Source: an uncultured Rikenellaceae bacterium (GTDB taxonomy: Bacteria; Bacteroidota; Bacteroidia; Bacteroidales; VadinHA17). Taken from it: DNA of 64,000 nucleotides. The notes under the pieces are model-generated. The model worked only from the letters and a program-made list of their open reading frames with translations. It was not told the DNA's origin and made no database searches. Within the stretch, counting starts at the first letter, position 1. The number at the start of each line of letters is the position of its first letter. Shown here one piece after another: positions 1 to 12,100 of the stretch. The position numbers and the translations under genes are program-made. The stretch covers positions 7,434-71,433 of the forward strand of contig CAWDHN010000006.1 in assembly GCA_963802145.1 (NCBI GenBank), given 5' to 3'.

Positions 1-313
1 TAAGGTAGTTGCACTCATAAAAATAGGGTCCGGAGATAAGGATCTCCTCACCCTGGCTGAACTTGGTAAGTTCGCTCATCCACTCTGAAGGGTTACAGAA
101 GTAGTATACGGAATATGAATCATAAATGGGTGAGAAACGTGCTGTTTTCGTGTCGGCATCATACGAAATATAAACATGCATCACATCCAAAGTGTCAAGT
201 GCATCGCCGTCGCATCCGCATTTCGGCTGTTTCTTGCAGCCCCCTGACAAAACAACCCCCGCTATGATCATCAGGGCTATCGAAATGTTTGCCAGTATCC
301 TTTTTCCTTTCAT
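1..313 (-). CDS. Putative lipoprotein, C-terminus cut by the window edge
   Basis: The reverse strand from ATG at 313 reads MKGKRILANISIALMIIAGVVLSGGCKKQP..., a signal peptide with a lipobox (LSGGC). The frame stays open to position 1. It is absent from the ORF track because no stop falls in the window. Confidence 0.6.
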   Translation of the reverse strand, partial: MKGKRILANISIALMIIAGVVLSGGCKKQPKCGCDGDALDTLDVMHVYISYDADTKTARFSPIYDSYSVYYFCNPSEWMSELTKFSQGEEILISGPYFYECNYL

Positions 314-362
314 CAGTTCACCTTTTATCCACGCACAAAATAACGTTTATTTTCCGTCTCTG

Positions 363-396
363 CAAAAAAGAAAGCCGGTTGAATAATCAACCGGCT
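363..396 (-). terminator. Intrinsic terminator after the rpoBC-DUF3467 operon
   Basis: Perfect 10-bp inverted repeat AGCCGGTTGA-ATAA-TCAACCGGCT at 373..396. On the minus strand it is followed by TTCTTTTTTG. It lies 22 nt downstream of the stop at 418. Confidence 0.75.
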
Positions 397-417
397 CATA
401 TTTAATATGTTAATTTC

Positions 418-735
418 TCATGCCTGGGCTGTTGGGCCGCCAAAAGTGACCGGCATTATCGGTCCGGAGCCCTTCACCTCGCGTATCGGACCGTGTGCGG
501 CCTCATACTTTGAGATATTGTCACTGAGAGCTGCCACTAAACGCTTGGCGTGCTCCGGCGTAAGAATGATCCTCGATTTGACCTTCGACTTGGGTACGCC
601 GGGCATTATCCGTATGAAATCAAGGACAAACTCAGCCGGTGAGTGGGTTATCACTGCAAGGTTTGAATATACACCTTCGGCAACCTCCTCACTGAGTTCA
701 ATATTAAACTGGCCCGGATTCTTGTTTTCTGCCAT
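418..735 (-). CDS. DUF3467-family small protein, conserved downstream of rpoC in Bacteroidota
   Basis: 105-aa ORF containing EVAEGVYSNLAVITHSPAEFVLDFIRIMPGVPKSKVKSRIILTPEHAKRL, which matches my memory of DUF3467 proteins. It sits 12 nt after rpoC. Confidence 0.75.
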   Translation of the reverse strand: MAENKNPGQFNIELSEEVAEGVYSNLAVITHSPAEFVLDFIRIMPGVPKSKVKSRIILTPEHAKRLVAALSDNISKYEAAHGPIREVKGSGPIMPVTFGGPTAQA

Positions 736-746
736 GATGATGATGT

Positions 747-3700
747 TTAATCCTGTTCAACCTCGCTGGTGCTCTGTTGTCCGGCATGCACAAGTGACTC
801 ATAGTCGTCAAGAGAGCCAACGATAATGTTATTGTACTCCCTGAGACCGGTTCCGGCCGGGATAAGATGTCCGACGATAACATTCTCCTTCAGGCCCTCA
901 AGGAAGTCTATCTTCCCCAGGATAGCCGCTTCATTCAGAACCTTGGTGGTCTCCTGGAATGAAGCTGCGGAGAAGAAGCTGTTTGTCTGGAGAGCGGCGC
1001 GGGTTATACCCTGCAGCACCTGCTGTGATGTTGCCGGTACCGCATCCCTTGCCTCAATCAGCTTGAGGTCACGGCGCTTGAGCAACGAATTCTCGTCTCT
1101 CAGCTTACGGGCCGTGATCACCATGCCTGCCCTCAGATTCTGGCTGTCGCCGGCATCAAGCACGATCTTCTTGCCATAAACCCAGTCGTTCTCATCCATG
1201 AACTCCAGCTTGTCAACAACCTGGCGCTCAAGGAACTTGGTGTCACCCGGGTCAATGATCTCCACCTTGCGCATCATCTGTCTGACGATGATCTCAAAGT
1301 GCTTGTCGTTGATCTTAACACCCTGGAGGCGGTATACCTCCTGTATCTCGTTGACAATGTACTCCTGGACTTTTGTCGGGCCCTTGATGGCAAGGATGTC
1401 CGAAGGTGTGATGGCGCCGTCGGACAGAGGTATGCCTGCCCTGACGTAGTCATTCTCCTGAACAAGGATCTGTTTTGAAAGGGGCACGAGGTACTTCTTC
1501 GTCTCTCCCGTTTTGGAGGTGATGGTTATCTCCCTGTTGCCTCTCTTGATCTTGCCGTAGGTCACCTCACCGTCAATCTCGGTCACGATGGCCGGGTTGG
1601 ACGGGTTACGGGCCTCGAAGAGCTCTGTCACGCGCGGCAGACCTCCGGTGATGTCACCTGATTTGCCTACTGCCCTTGGTATCTTCACGATGGTGTCTCC
1701 GGCCTCGACAAGCTTGTTGAGGTCAGTGACAAGATGTGCTCCCACGGGCAGGTTGTATGTCTTGATCTCCACCCCTTCCGGAGACATGATCTTGATGGCC
1801 GGGTTCTTGGTCTTGTCCCTGCTCTCGATGATCACCTTCTCCTTGAAGCCTGTCTGCTCATCGGACTCCTCACGGAAGGTCACGCCTTCAATGAGGTAAT
1901 CAAATGCCACCTTACCGGCCACTTCCGAGATGATGACGGCATTGAACGGATCCCATTCGCATATGAGTTCCCCCTTCTGTACCTCCTGGTTGGCCTTGAT
2001 GTAAAGCCTGCTGCCGTAGGGTATGGTATGTGTGGTCAGGGCAATGCCTGTCTTCTTGTCAACGATCCTGAGTTCACCCAGTCGACCGATGACGATATCC
2101 ACCTTGCCCTTCTCGGGGTCTTTCTTCTGGACGGTCCTCACCTCCTCGATGACGGCTATACCGCCGTATCTGGCAACGAGGTTTGATTCGGTGGTGATGT
2201 TCGAAGCTGTACCACCCACGTGGAATGTACGCAGGGTAAGCTGGGTACCGGGTTCACCGATACTCTGAGCTGCAATCACACCGGTTGCCTCGCCCTTCTG
2301 AACCATGCGGCCTGTGGCAAGGTTACGTCCGTAACACTTGGCGCAGACACCTTTCTTCGATTCACAAGTGAGAACTGAACGGATCTCAACCTGTTCAATG
2401 GGCGACTGGTCAATGCGGTTGGCCACCTCCTCGGTTATCTCCTCGCCGGCAGCGCTGATGAGCTCACCGGTAAGCGGGTTATAGATGTTATGTACGGTTG
2501 TGCGTCCAAGGATCCTGTCATAGAGTGACTCCACGATCTCCTCGTTGTTCTTGATGGCTGTTGCCACCAGTCCGCGCAGCGTACCGCAGTCCTCCTCGGT
2601 TATGATCACATCCTGTGAGACGTCTACCAGACGACGGGTAAGATAACCGGCGTCGGCAGTCTTCAGTGCGGTGTCAGCAAGACCCTTACGGGCACCGTGG
2701 GTTGAGATGAAGTACTCAAGCACGGAGAGACCCTCCTTGAAGTTAGACAGGATGGGGTTCTCGATGATCTCCGACCCTGATGAGCCTGACTTCTGGGGCT
2801 TGGCCATAAGACCCCTCATGCCCGAGAGCTGACGGATCTGCTCCTTCGAGCCCCTTGCACCTGAGTCGAGCATCATGTAAACTGAGTTGAAGCCCTGCTT
2901 GTCGGTTGACAGCTGCTTCATCAGACTCTGTGTCAGACGGGCGTTGACATGGGTCCATATATCAATGATCTGGTTGTACCTCTCATTGTTGGTGATGAAG
3001 CCCATGCTGTAGTTCGAGAGTACCTCGTCGACCTGCTCATAACCCTCCTCCACGAACATCTCCTTCTCCTCGGGGATGATGACGTCATCAAGGTTGAACG
3101 ACAGGCCGCCTGTGAATGCCATTCGGAACCCAAGGTCCTTGATGTCATCAAGGAAGTCAGCCGTCTTGGCAGTGCCTGCCTTTTTCAGCACATTGCCGAT
3201 GATATCCCTGAGTGATTTCTTGGTCAGGAGTTCGTTGATGAAACCAACCTCCTCCGGCACGAACTCATTGAAGAGCACACGGCCTACGGTAGTCTCAATA
3301 ATATGATTGACCTTTTTCCCGTCAACCATGTCATCAACCTTCACCTTGATGATGGCGTGGAGGTCTATCTTGTTTTCGTTATATGCTATGTGCACCTCCT
3401 CATGCGAGTAGAACGTGGTTCCTTCGCCCTTGACCTTTATTGATTCAGTGCTCTTGCGGGCCTTGGTGATATAATAAAGTCCGAGAACCATGTCCTGCGA
3501 GGGAACGGTTATAGGAGCGCCGTTGGCCGGGTTGAGGATGTTATGCGATGCAAGCATAAGCATCTGGGCCTCCAGTACGGCGGCATTGCCGAGCGGAAGG
3601 TGGACTGCCATCTGGTCACCGTCGAAGTCGGCGTTGAATGCCGTACAGACAAGCGGATGGAGCTGTATGGCCTTGCCCTCTATAAGCTTGGGCTGGAAGG

Positions 3701-5042
3701 CCTGTATACCGAGCCTGTGAAGGGTCGGTGCACGGTTGAGCATAACCGGATGACCCTTGAGAATATTCTCGAGGATATCCCATACAACCGGGTCCTTGCG
3801 GTCAACGATCTTCTTCGCGCTCTTTACGGTCTTGACGATGCCCCGCTCAATGAGCTTGCGTATCACAAAAGGCTTGTACAGCTCGGCCGCCATGTCTTTC
3901 GGAATGCCGGTCTCATGAAGCTTGAGCTCAGGACCTACGACGATTACGGAACGGGCCGAATAGTCAACCCTCTTTCCAAGCAGGTTCTGACGGAAGCGCC
4001 CCTGTTTGCCCTTGAGGCTGTCAGAGAGCGACTTGAGAGGCCTGTTGGCGTCAGTCTTGACGGCATTGGCCTTGCGTGAGTTGTCAAAGAGAGAGTCGAC
4101 GGCTTCCTGGAGCATCCTCTTTTCATTGCGGAGGATCACCTCTGGAGCCTTGATCTCGATAAGTCTCTTGAGACGGTTATTGCGTATTATCACCCTGCGG
4201 TAGAGGTCATTGAGGTCGCTGGTGGCAAAACGGCCGCCGTCAAGCGGTACGAGTGGCCTCAGTTCAGGCGGTATGACCGGAACGATCTTCACGATCATCC
4301 ATTCGGGCCTGTTGATGTTCTTTGACTCCCTGAAGGCTTCAACAACCTGCAGTCTCTTGAGAGCCTCGCTCTTGCGCTGCTGTGATGTCTCCGAGTTGGC
4401 GCGGTGACGCAGCGAATATGAAAGCTCATCGAGATCAAGCTTGTTCAGCAGCTTGTAGAGAGCCTCGGCTCCCATCTCAGCAACAAACTTGTCAGGATGG
4501 TCATCATCAAGATACTGGTTCTCTTTTGGCAGGGTCTCCACGATCTCCATATACTCCTCCTCGGAGAGGAAATCGAGGTATTTGACTCCGTCAACAGCCT
4601 TTACTCCCGGGTTGATGACTACATATCTCTCATAATAGATTATGCTGTCAAGCTTCTTCGTCGGCAGGCCAAGCAGGTAGCCGATCTTGTTAGGCAGCGA
4701 CCTGAAGTACCATATGTGGGCAACGGGAACCACCAGTGAGATGTGACCCATGCGCTCGCGCCTGACCTTCTTCTCCGTAACCTCCACGCCGCAGCGGTCG
4801 CAGACGATACCCTTGTAGCGTATCCTCTTGTACTTTCCGCAGTGGCATTCATAATCCTTTACCGGGCCGAATATCCTCTCACAGAAGAGGCCGTCGCGCT
4901 CAGGCTTATAGGTACGGTAGTTTATCGTCTCAGGCTTCAGGACCTCGCCGCTTGACTTGTCAAGTATCTCTTCGGGCGATGCCAGCCCTATCGATATCTT
5001 CGTGTAACTGGTCTTCTGTTTGTTATCCCTTCTGAATGACAT
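747..5042 (-). CDS. rpoC: DNA-directed RNA polymerase subunit beta prime
   Basis: 1431-aa ORF with the NADFDGDQM catalytic motif and an N-terminal zinc-binding CHCGKY...CDRCGVEV. It lies immediately downstream of rpoB. Confidence 0.98.
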   Translation of the reverse strand: MSFRRDNKQKTSYTKISIGLASPEEILDKSSGEVLKPETINYRTYKPERDGLFCERIFGPVKDYECHCGKYKRIRYKGIVCDRCGVEVTEKKVRRERMGHISLVVPVAHIWYFRSLPNKIGYLLGLPTKKLDSIIYYERYVVINPGVKAVDGVKYLDFLSEEEYMEIVETLPKENQYLDDDHPDKFVAEMGAEALYKLLNKLDLDELSYSLRHRANSETSQQRKSEALKRLQVVEAFRESKNINRPEWMIVKIVPVIPPELRPLVPLDGGRFATSDLNDLYRRVIIRNNRLKRLIEIKAPEVILRNEKRMLQEAVDSLFDNSRKANAVKTDANRPLKSLSDSLKGKQGRFRQNLLGKRVDYSARSVIVVGPELKLHETGIPKDMAAELYKPFVIRKLIERGIVKTVKSAKKIVDRKDPVVWDILENILKGHPVMLNRAPTLHRLGIQAFQPKLIEGKAIQLHPLVCTAFNADFDGDQMAVHLPLGNAAVLEAQMLMLASHNILNPANGAPITVPSQDMVLGLYYITKARKSTESIKVKGEGTTFYSHEEVHIAYNENKIDLHAIIKVKVDDMVDGKKVNHIIETTVGRVLFNEFVPEEVGFINELLTKKSLRDIIGNVLKKAGTAKTADFLDDIKDLGFRMAFTGGLSFNLDDVIIPEEKEMFVEEGYEQVDEVLSNYSMGFITNNERYNQIIDIWTHVNARLTQSLMKQLSTDKQGFNSVYMMLDSGARGSKEQIRQLSGMRGLMAKPQKSGSSGSEIIENPILSNFKEGLSVLEYFISTHGARKGLADTALKTADAGYLTRRLVDVSQDVIITEEDCGTLRGLVATAIKNNEEIVESLYDRILGRTTVHNIYNPLTGELISAAGEEITEEVANRIDQSPIEQVEIRSVLTCESKKGVCAKCYGRNLATGRMVQKGEATGVIAAQSIGEPGTQLTLRTFHVGGTASNITTESNLVARYGGIAVIEEVRTVQKKDPEKGKVDIVIGRLGELRIVDKKTGIALTTHTIPYGSRLYIKANQEVQKGELICEWDPFNAVIISEVAGKVAFDYLIEGVTFREESDEQTGFKEKVIIESRDKTKNPAIKIMSPEGVEIKTYNLPVGAHLVTDLNKLVEAGDTIVKIPRAVGKSGDITGGLPRVTELFEARNPSNPAIVTEIDGEVTYGKIKRGNREITITSKTGETKKYLVPLSKQILVQENDYVRAGIPLSDGAITPSDILAIKGPTKVQEYIVNEIQEVYRLQGVKINDKHFEIIVRQMMRKVEIIDPGDTKFLERQVVDKLEFMDENDWVYGKKIVLDAGDSQNLRAGMVITARKLRDENSLLKRRDLKLIEARDAVPATSQQVLQGITRAALQTNSFFSAASFQETTKVLNEAAILGKIDFLEGLKENVIVGHLIPAGTGLREYNNIIVGSLDDYESLVHAGQQSTSEVEQD

Positions 5043-5081
5043 ATATTTTTCCTTTTTATACTATTTGTGTACCCGGCTTAA

Positions 5082-8000
5082 TTACTCAAGGTTGATGCTC
5101 AGTCCGAGCCCGCGCAGTTCATGCAGGAGCACGTTGAGCGACTCAGGGATGCCCGGCATGGGCATCGGTTCACCCTTGACAATAGCCTCGTATGCCTTGG
5201 CTCTACCTATCACGTCGTCAGACTTGATGGTGAGTATCTCCTGGAGAATATGCGCCGCGCCGAATGCTTCCAGCGCCCATACCTCCATCTCTCCGAACCT
5301 CTGGCCTCCGAACTGTGCCTTACCTCCGAGAGGCTGCTGGGTGATGAGCGAGTAGGGCCCTATCGAACGGGCGTGCATCTTGTCATCAACCATATGGCCC
5401 AGCTTGAGCATATATATCATCCCCACGGTGGCCGGCTGGTCAAACCGTTCGCCGGTACCGCCGTCATAGAGATAGGTGGTGCCGTTACGCGGTATACCTG
5501 CCTTTTCCGTCAGGTCATTGATCTGCGATTGCTTCGCACCGTCGAAGATCGGTGTCGAGAATTGCATCCCCATCTCTTTGCCTGCCCATCCCAGGACAGT
5601 CTCATAAATCTGTCCGAGGTTCATCCTGGAAGGCACACCGAGCGGGTTAAGAACGATATCCACAGGCGTACCGTCAGCAAGGAAGGGCATGTCCTCGGCA
5701 CGGACTATCTTGGCAACGATACCCTTGTTACCGTGGCGTCCGGCCATCTTGTCTCCCACCCGTATCTTGCGCTTCTTGGCAATATAGACCTTGGCCAGCC
5801 TTACGATACCTGCGGGCAGCTCATCACCGATGGTGATGTTGTACCTCTTCCTCTTGTATACACCGTCAATCTCCTTGTACTTGATGATATAGTTGTGAAG
5901 GAGCTGTTTGATACTGTCGTTCTTCTTCTTGTCAGTGGTCCACTTGTTGGGGTTGATGTTCAGGAAGTCAATCTCCTGGAGCTGCTTCAGCGTGAACTTA
6001 GCTCCCTTGGGGATGACGTCGACGTTGAGGTAATCCTTTACGCCCTGCGACGTCTTGCCGTTAACAAGTATGAAGAGCTTGTCAACCAGCCTTGCCTTGA
6101 GATCGTCTGCCGTTCGGTTGAAGTCGGCGTCAATCTTGTCAAGCAGAGGTTTCTCGGCAGTCTTGGCCTTCCGGTCCTTGATAGCCCTGGTAAACAGTTT
6201 CTTGTCAATGACCACGCCTTCGAGCGACGGTCCGGCCTTGAGTGAAGCATCCTTCACGTCACCGGCCTTGTCTCCGAAGATAGCCCTGAGGAGCTTCTCC
6301 TCAGGTGACGGGTCTGATTCACCCTTGGGTGTGATCTTGCCGATGAGTATGTCTCCCGGCCTGATCTGTGCACCTATGCGTATAAGTCCGTTCTCGTCGA
6401 GGTTCTTTGTTGCCTCTTCGCTGACGTTGGGGATATCGGAGGTAAGCTCTTCCATCCCGCGCTTGGTGTCGCGCACCTCCAGGAGGTACTCGTCAATGTG
6501 CACCGAGGTGAAGACATCTTCCTGTACCACTCTCTCGCTGAGCACGATGGCATCCTCGAAGTTGTATCCCTTCCATGGCATGAATGCCACCTTGAGGTTA
6601 CGCCCGAGAGCCAGTTCGCCGTTCTTGGTGCCGTACCCTTCGGTAAGCACCTGTCCCTTGACAACCTTCTCACCCTTCTTTACTATGGGTATGAGGTTGA
6701 TGGTGGTGTTCTGGTTGGTCTTATGGTATTTGGGCAGCGTGTAGCGCCTGACGTCGTCGTCAAAGCTCACGAACTTCTCTTCGTCGGTCCTGCTGTACCT
6801 TATCACGATCTCGTTGGAGTCAACAAACTCCACCACGCCGTCGCCTTCGGCAACGATCAGGATCCTTGAGTCTTTTATAACCTGTGCTTCGAGGCCGGTG
6901 CCCACTATCGGAGCCTCGGGCCTTACCAGCGGTACTGCCTGGCGCATCATGTTCGATCCCATGAGCGCGCGGTTGGCATCGTCATGCTCAAGGAAGGGGA
7001 TCAGTGATGCGGCTATGGAGGCGATCTGGTTGGGCGCCACGTCCATCATCTGTACCTTCGTGACCTCCTCGTAGGGATAGTCTGCACCCAGCCTCGACTT
7101 GGCCCTTGGGTTGGTGAAGGTGCCGTCATCATTCAGCGGAGCGTTGGCCTGTGCCACGGTGAGGTACTCCTCGTCCTCGGCGGTGAGCCACCTGACGGTT
7201 TCATTGTTCAGGTCTACCTTGCCCTCAACCACGTCGCGGTAGGGTGTCTCAATGAAGCCCAGCGTGTTTATCTTGGCATAGACGCAGAGCGATGAGATAA
7301 GGCCGATGTTCGGACCTTCAGGCGTCTCTATGGGGCAGAGACGTCCGTAGTGCGTATAGTGTACGTCTCGTACCTCGAATCCGGCACGTTCGCGTGAAAG
7401 ACCGCCCGGGCCCAGGGCTGAGAGGCGGCGCTTGTGCGTCATCTCCGCCAGCGGGTTGGTCTGGTCCATGAACTGTGACAGCTGGTTGGTGCCGAAGAAC
7501 GAGTTGATGACAGATGAGAGCGTCTTTGAGTTGATAAGATCGACGGGGGTGAATACCTCGTTGTCTCTTACGTTCATGCGTTCGCGTATGGTACGGGCCA
7601 TGCGGGCGAGACCGACACTGAACTGTGCCGAGAGCTGTTCACCCACGGTGCGTACCCTCCTGTTGCTCAGGTGGTCAATGTCATCGACATCGGTCTTCGA
7701 GTTGATGAGCTCGATAAGATAACGGATGATGGCGATGATATCCTCGCGGGTGAGGATCTTGGTGTCCATGCCAATGTCGAGCTTCAGCTTGCGGTTTATC
7801 CGGAAGCGTCCTACCTCTCCAAGGTCATAGCGCTTGTCTGAGAAGAAGAGCTTGTCAATGACATCGCGGGCGGTGGCCTCATCAGGCGGCTCGGCGTTGC
7901 GCAGCTGCCTGTAGATGTATAGTACAGCCTCTTTCTCGGAGTTGCAGGGGTCTTTCTGCAGTGTGTTGTATATGATGGCGAAGTCAGAGAGGCTCATATC

Positions 8001-8891
8001 CTCGCGGTGAAGCAGGATGGATTTTGCCCCTGAGTCAACTATCAGGTCAACATGGTCATTCTCAATGACCGTCTCGCGGTCGAGAACCACCTCGTTACGC
8101 TCAATGGAGACAACCTCACCGGTATCCTCGTCAACGAAATCCTCAACCCAGGTGCGCAGCACCCTGGCTGCCAGCTTGCGGCCGACCAGTTTCTTGACGC
8201 TGACCTTCGAGACCTTGTGTTCCTCTGCGAGGTTGAAGATCTCAAGGATATCCTTGTCGCCCTCGAAGCCGATGGCCCTGAGAAGGGTTGTTACAGGAAG
8301 CTTCTTCTTCCTGTCGATGTAGGCGTACATCACGTTGTTGATGTCGGTGGCAAACTCGATCCATGATCCCTTGAAAGGTATGATTCGTGCTGAATAGAGT
8401 TTGGTGCCGTTGGCGTGTATGCTCTGCCCGAAGAAAACCCCCGGTGACCTGTGAAGCTGTGAGACGACAACCCTCTCTGCTCCGTTGATGACGAAGGTGC
8501 CACGCTCGGTCATATAGGGGATGACACCCAGGTATACATCCTGAATGACGGTGTCAAAATCCTCATGTTCGGGGTCAGTGCAGTAAAGCTTTAGTTTTGC
8601 CTTCAGAGGAACGCTGAAGGTCAGTCCTCTCTCGATACACTCATCAATGGTGTAACGGGGAGGGTCAATTGAATAGTCCAGGAACTCGAGCACGAAGTTG
8701 TTCCTGGTGTCGGTGATGGGGAAGTTCTCCATGAAGACCTGATAAAGGCCCTCTTTCCTCCTGTTCTCGGGTGTTGTGCCGAGCTGGAAAAACTCGGCAA
8801 AAGATTTTAACTGAATCTCAAGAAAGTCAGGGTATTCAAGCTGTTCCTTCTTGGAGGCGAAACTTATGCGTTCGATATTTTTTGAGGACAT
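5082..8891 (-). CDS. rpoB: DNA-directed RNA polymerase subunit beta
   Basis: ORF with typical beta-subunit blocks ([26 protein letters not shown]). The track start at 8927 is a TTG that overlaps the rplL-rpoB attenuator T-tract. The ATG at 8891 ([16 protein letters not shown]) fits Bacteroidota rpoB N-termini better. Confidence 0.97.
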   Translation of the reverse strand: MSSKNIERISFASKKEQLEYPDFLEIQLKSFAEFFQLGTTPENRRKEGLYQVFMENFPITDTRNNFVLEFLDYSIDPPRYTIDECIERGLTFSVPLKAKLKLYCTDPEHEDFDTVIQDVYLGVIPYMTERGTFVINGAERVVVSQLHRSPGVFFGQSIHANGTKLYSARIIPFKGSWIEFATDINNVMYAYIDRKKKLPVTTLLRAIGFEGDKDILEIFNLAEEHKVSKVSVKKLVGRKLAARVLRTWVEDFVDEDTGEVVSIERNEVVLDRETVIENDHVDLIVDSGAKSILLHREDMSLSDFAIIYNTLQKDPCNSEKEAVLYIYRQLRNAEPPDEATARDVIDKLFFSDKRYDLGEVGRFRINRKLKLDIGMDTKILTREDIIAIIRYLIELINSKTDVDDIDHLSNRRVRTVGEQLSAQFSVGLARMARTIRERMNVRDNEVFTPVDLINSKTLSSVINSFFGTNQLSQFMDQTNPLAEMTHKRRLSALGPGGLSRERAGFEVRDVHYTHYGRLCPIETPEGPNIGLISSLCVYAKINTLGFIETPYRDVVEGKVDLNNETVRWLTAEDEEYLTVAQANAPLNDDGTFTNPRAKSRLGADYPYEEVTKVQMMDVAPNQIASIAASLIPFLEHDDANRALMGSNMMRQAVPLVRPEAPIVGTGLEAQVIKDSRILIVAEGDGVVEFVDSNEIVIRYSRTDEEKFVSFDDDVRRYTLPKYHKTNQNTTINLIPIVKKGEKVVKGQVLTEGYGTKNGELALGRNLKVAFMPWKGYNFEDAIVLSERVVQEDVFTSVHIDEYLLEVRDTKRGMEELTSDIPNVSEEATKNLDENGLIRIGAQIRPGDILIGKITPKGESDPSPEEKLLRAIFGDKAGDVKDASLKAGPSLEGVVIDKKLFTRAIKDRKAKTAEKPLLDKIDADFNRTADDLKARLVDKLFILVNGKTSQGVKDYLNVDVIPKGAKFTLKQLQEIDFLNINPNKWTTDKKKNDSIKQLLHNYIIKYKEIDGVYKRKRYNITIGDELPAGIVRLAKVYIAKKRKIRVGDKMAGRHGNKGIVAKIVRAEDMPFLADGTPVDIVLNPLGVPSRMNLGQIYETVLGWAGKEMGMQFSTPIFDGAKQSQINDLTEKAGIPRNGTTYLYDGGTGERFDQPATVGMIYMLKLGHMVDDKMHARSIGPYSLITQQPLGGKAQFGGQRFGEMEVWALEAFGAAHILQEILTIKSDDVIGRAKAYEAIVKGEPMPMPGIPESLNVLLHELRGLGLSINLE

Positions 8892-8919
8892 TATGGTAGG
8901 ATTAAGTGAACTTTTGAAA

Positions 8920-8959
8920 AATGACAAAAAGGCTTAGCTCCGCCTGGTGGCGGAACTAA
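8920..8959 (-). terminator. rplL-rpoB intergenic attenuator or partial terminator
   Basis: Minus-strand hairpin TTAGTTCCGCC-ACCA-GGCGGAGCTAA (8934..8959) followed by GCCTTTTTGTCATTTTT. It occupies the classical position between rplL and rpoB. Confidence 0.65.
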
Positions 8960-8987
8960 ACCTGTAAACCCGGTAATCAGGTATAAC

Positions 8988-9362
8988 TTATTTAAGTTCA
9001 ACTTCAGCTCCTGATTCTTCCAATGTTTTCTTAATGTTCTCAGCCTCTTCCTTCGATACGCCTTCCTTGACGGCTCCGGGAGCGGCATCTACTACAGCTT
9101 TTGCTTCTTTCAGTCCAAGGCCGGTAAGATCTTTAACCAGCTTTACTATCTGAAGCTTCTGGCCGCCTGCACTCTTGAGGATAACATCAAATGAAGTCTT
9201 CTCGGCTACTGCCGGAGCGTCTGCTGCTGCCGGAGCTGCTACTGCAACTGCTGCTGCCGCGGGTTCAATGCCATACTCATCTTTCAATATTTTTGCAAGC
9301 TCATTAACCTCTTTGACGGTTAAGTTTACCAACTCTTCTGCAAATTTCTTAAGATCTGCCAT
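8988..9362 (-). CDS. rplL: 50S ribosomal protein L7/L12
   Basis: 124 aa with an Ala-rich hinge and the C-terminal domain [25 protein letters not shown]. Confidence 0.97.
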   Translation of the reverse strand: MADLKKFAEELVNLTVKEVNELAKILKDEYGIEPAAAAVAVAAPAAADAPAVAEKTSFDVILKSAGGQKLQIVKLVKDLTGLGLKEAKAVVDAAPGAVKEGVSKEEAENIKKTLEESGAEVELK

Positions 9363-9399
9363 TTTTATAGGAATTTTTAATTTGATTAACTAATGATTA

Positions 9400-9915
9400 T
9401 TACTTCTTTGACAGTGTTTCCAGAACACCATGAATTGTTGAACCACCTGACTGCAGCGCGGAGATGACGTTCTTCGCGGGCGACTGCAGAAGCATGATGA
9501 TATCGCCGATAAGTTCCTCTCTCGATTTGAGGGCCACGAGGGTCTCAAGGAGGTTTTCACCGACATATACCGATTCTTCTATGTATGCGCCTTTTATCAG
9601 GGGTTTAGGATGCGATTTACGGAACTCCCTGATCATTTTTGCGGGAGTGTTTCCGTTATTCGAGAACATAACAGCAGTGGAGCCCTTAAGCACGGGGAAC
9701 AATTCCCCGCAATCAAGTCCCGCCTGCTCCAGCGCTCTCCTAAGGAGGGTGTTTTTAACGACAACCAGTCTTATCTGGTTTTCGAAACACTTCCTTCTGA
9801 GATCACTGGTGTCAGCAGCGTTGAGCTGTGCAGTGTCAGTCAGGTAAAAGTGACTGTACTCCTTTAGAGTATCAGCCAGACTGTTTATGATATCGGTTTT
9901 TTCGTCTCTTCTCAT
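9400..9915 (-). CDS. rplJ: 50S ribosomal protein L10
   Basis: 171 aa. Called from its position between rplA and rplL and from an L10-like sequence. Confidence 0.93.
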   Translation of the reverse strand: MRRDEKTDIINSLADTLKEYSHFYLTDTAQLNAADTSDLRRKCFENQIRLVVVKNTLLRRALEQAGLDCGELFPVLKGSTAVMFSNNGNTPAKMIREFRKSHPKPLIKGAYIEESVYVGENLLETLVALKSREELIGDIIMLLQSPAKNVISALQSGGSTIHGVLETLSKK

Positions 9916-9940
9916 AATCTCTCTGAATTATTGCTTTCAG

Positions 9941-10636
9941 TTAAACATCAAGGCTCTTTGGATCAACTTTCAATCCCGGGCTCATTGTGCTTGAGAGGAA
10001 GATACTTCTTACGTATGTTCCTTTCGCCGAGGCGGGTTTGAGTTTGTTGACCATGAAGAGAAATTCCCTTGCGTTTTCCATGATCTTATGAGGTTCAAAG
10101 GATACTTTTCCGATGGAAGCATGGACTATACCGGCTTTATCTACTTTAAAGTCGATTTTGCCCTGCTTAACCTCCTTGACAGCCTTACTTATCTCCATGG
10201 TCACCGTTCCGCTTTTGGGGTTCGGCATGAGACCACGGGGACCGAGTATTCGTCCCAACTGACCTATCTTACCCATCACTGAGGGCATGGTAATGATAAC
10301 ATCGATATCCGTCCAGCCGCCTTTGATCTTTTCAACCCACTCATCCAGCCCCACATGATCGGCTCCGGCCTCTTTTGCTTCGGCCTCCTTATCAGGGGTG
10401 ACCAGGGCCAGAACCCTGACCTCCTTGCCTGTGCCATGAGGAAGGGAGACGACACCGCGAACCATCTGGTTCGATTTGCGCGGATCAATTCCCAGCCTTA
10501 CGTCAATATCAACCGAGGCGTCGAACTTCACTTTTGTGATATCTTTTACCAATGCTGCCGCTTCTGACAAAGTATAGAGCTTGCCATGCTCGATTTTCTC
10601 GAGGGCAAACTTCTGATTCTTGGTAAGCTTAGCCAT
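9941..10636 (-). CDS. rplA: 50S ribosomal protein L1
   Basis: 231 aa containing [10 protein letters not shown]...[16 protein letters not shown], typical of L1. Confidence 0.96.
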   Translation of the reverse strand: MAKLTKNQKFALEKIEHGKLYTLSEAAALVKDITKVKFDASVDIDVRLGIDPRKSNQMVRGVVSLPHGTGKEVRVLALVTPDKEAEAKEAGADHVGLDEWVEKIKGGWTDIDVIITMPSVMGKIGQLGRILGPRGLMPNPKSGTVTMEISKAVKEVKQGKIDFKVDKAGIVHASIGKVSFEPHKIMENAREFLFMVNKLKPASAKGTYVRSIFLSSTMSPGLKVDPKSLDV

Positions 10637-10655
10637 TTCTATTCACTTAATTAGT

Positions 10656-11096
10656 TTATTTACCGGGGAATGCACCTGTTACGGTGATGCCCATACTTCT
10701 GGCCGTGCCAGCCACCATCTTCATCGCGGATTCGAGGGTAAAGCAGTTTAAGTCCTGCATCTTATCCTCTGCAATAGTCTTCACCTGGTTCCATGATATT
10801 GATGCCACCTTGTTGCGGTTGGGCTCTGGTGAGCCTTTCTTCACTTTGGTAGCCTCAATGATCTGAACTGCAACAGGAGGGGTCTTTGTGACAAAATCAA
10901 AAGATTTGTCATTGTATACGGTGATGATCACCGGTATGACCTTACCTGCCTTGTCCTGTGTCCGGGCATTGAACTGTTTGCAAAACTCCATGATATTCAC
11001 ACCTTTGGAACCCAGTGCGGGTCCTACGGGTGGAGATGGATTGGCTGCTCCGCCTTTAATCTGTAATTTGATTAATCCAGCAACTTCTTTTGCCAT
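10656..11096 (-). CDS. rplK: 50S ribosomal protein L11
   Basis: 146 aa containing [23 protein letters not shown], the L11 signature. Confidence 0.97.
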   Translation of the reverse strand: MAKEVAGLIKLQIKGGAANPSPPVGPALGSKGVNIMEFCKQFNARTQDKAGKVIPVIITVYNDKSFDFVTKTPPVAVQIIEATKVKKGSPEPNRNKVASISWNQVKTIAEDKMQDLNCFTLESAMKMVAGTARSMGITVTGAFPGK

Positions 11097-11183
11097 AATT
11101 AAAAATTTGCATTGTTTATAGCGAGAGCATGACGGCCGCTTAAGGAAGCATTATAATTCACGGCTGTCAATTTCCTTAATTCC

Positions 11184-11732
11184 CTAATTTTCTTTCTCTA
11201 CCTGCATGAAGCTCAGCTCGAGCGGGGTCTTGCGTCCGAAGATCTTGACCATCACTTTAAGCTTGCGCTTCTCTTCATTGACCTCTTCAATCACTCCTGA
11301 GAAGCTGTTGAAGGGGCCGTCTATCACTTTTACCGTCTCGCCGACGACGAACGGAACGTTCAGTTCCTCTTCGCTGGCTGCCAGTTCATCTACTTTACCG
11401 AGGATACGGTTGATCTCTGCCTTCCGTATCGGTGTCGGCTCTCCCGACTGAGTCCCGAGAAACCCGAGCACGTTTGGTATATTGCGCAAGACATGGGGAA
11501 CCTCACCCACCAGAGCGGCCTCAACAATGACGTAACCCGGAAAGAATGTGCGCTCTTTGCTAACCTTCTTGCCTGCCCGGATCTGGTAGACCTTCTCCGT
11601 AGGTATCAGCACCTGGGTGATGTAATCCTGCAGTTTAAGGCGCACGATCTCACTCTCAAGATATTCCTTGACCTTCTTCTCCTTGCCGCCTATAGCCCTG
11701 AGCACATACCACTTCTTAACGTTTTCACTCAT
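11184..11732 (-). CDS. nusG: Transcription termination/antitermination factor NusG
   Basis: 182 aa with an NGN domain (KWYVLRAIGGKEKKV) and a KOW motif (GETVKVIDGPFNSFSGVIEEV). Position follows the secE-nusG-rplK synteny. Confidence 0.95.
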   Translation of the reverse strand: MSENVKKWYVLRAIGGKEKKVKEYLESEIVRLKLQDYITQVLIPTEKVYQIRAGKKVSKERTFFPGYVIVEAALVGEVPHVLRNIPNVLGFLGTQSGEPTPIRKAEINRILGKVDELAASEEELNVPFVVGETVKVIDGPFNSFSGVIEEVNEEKRKLKVMVKIFGRKTPLELSFMQVEKEN

Positions 11733-11749
11733 CTGTGACCGTTATGATT

Positions 11750-11941
11750 TTAATATAACAAACCATATATCAGACCCATGGCCTTGTCAAATATGAAATC
11801 CATTGCCCATATTACCAGGGCGAGGATGACCGAAGTGACAAGTACAAGTGTGGCGCTTCCCTGGAGCTCGCTCCATGTCGGCCATGTCACCTTGTGCATG
11901 AGTTCGTTATATGATTCTTTAAAATAAGTAGCTATCTTCAT
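11750..11941 (-). CDS. secE: Preprotein translocase subunit SecE
   Basis: 63 aa with a single C-terminal TM helix, lying between tRNA-Trp and nusG. Confidence 0.88.
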   Translation of the reverse strand: MKIATYFKESYNELMHKVTWPTWSELQGSATLVLVTSVILALVIWAMDFIFDKAMGLIYGLLY

Positions 11942-11960
11942 AATAAGACTCCGATTTTAG

Positions 11961-12033
11961 CACGGGAGGAGAGACTCGAACTCCCGACACCTGGTTTTGG
12001 AGACCAGTGCTCTACCAACTGAGCTACACCCGT
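11961..12033 (-). tRNA. tRNA-Trp (anticodon CCA)
   Basis: A hand-folded cloverleaf on the minus strand has the anticodon loop CTCCAAA and the T-loop TTCGAGT. One T:T mismatch sits at acceptor pair 6:67. CCA is not encoded. Confidence 0.85.
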
Positions 12034-12100
12034 GTACATTCTGAAGGTATCCGTGCGCCCTCCGGCGAACGGATACCATATATATATATTTAATAAGGTC

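Noticed and set aside
5121-6245. 374-aa ORF on the plus strand inside rpoB, with several 60-230 aa ORFs opposite rpoB and rpoC
   Set aside because: These ORFs lie entirely antisense to, or out of frame with, unmistakable RNA polymerase genes. The translations are low-complexity with no recognisable motifs, so they are shadow ORFs.
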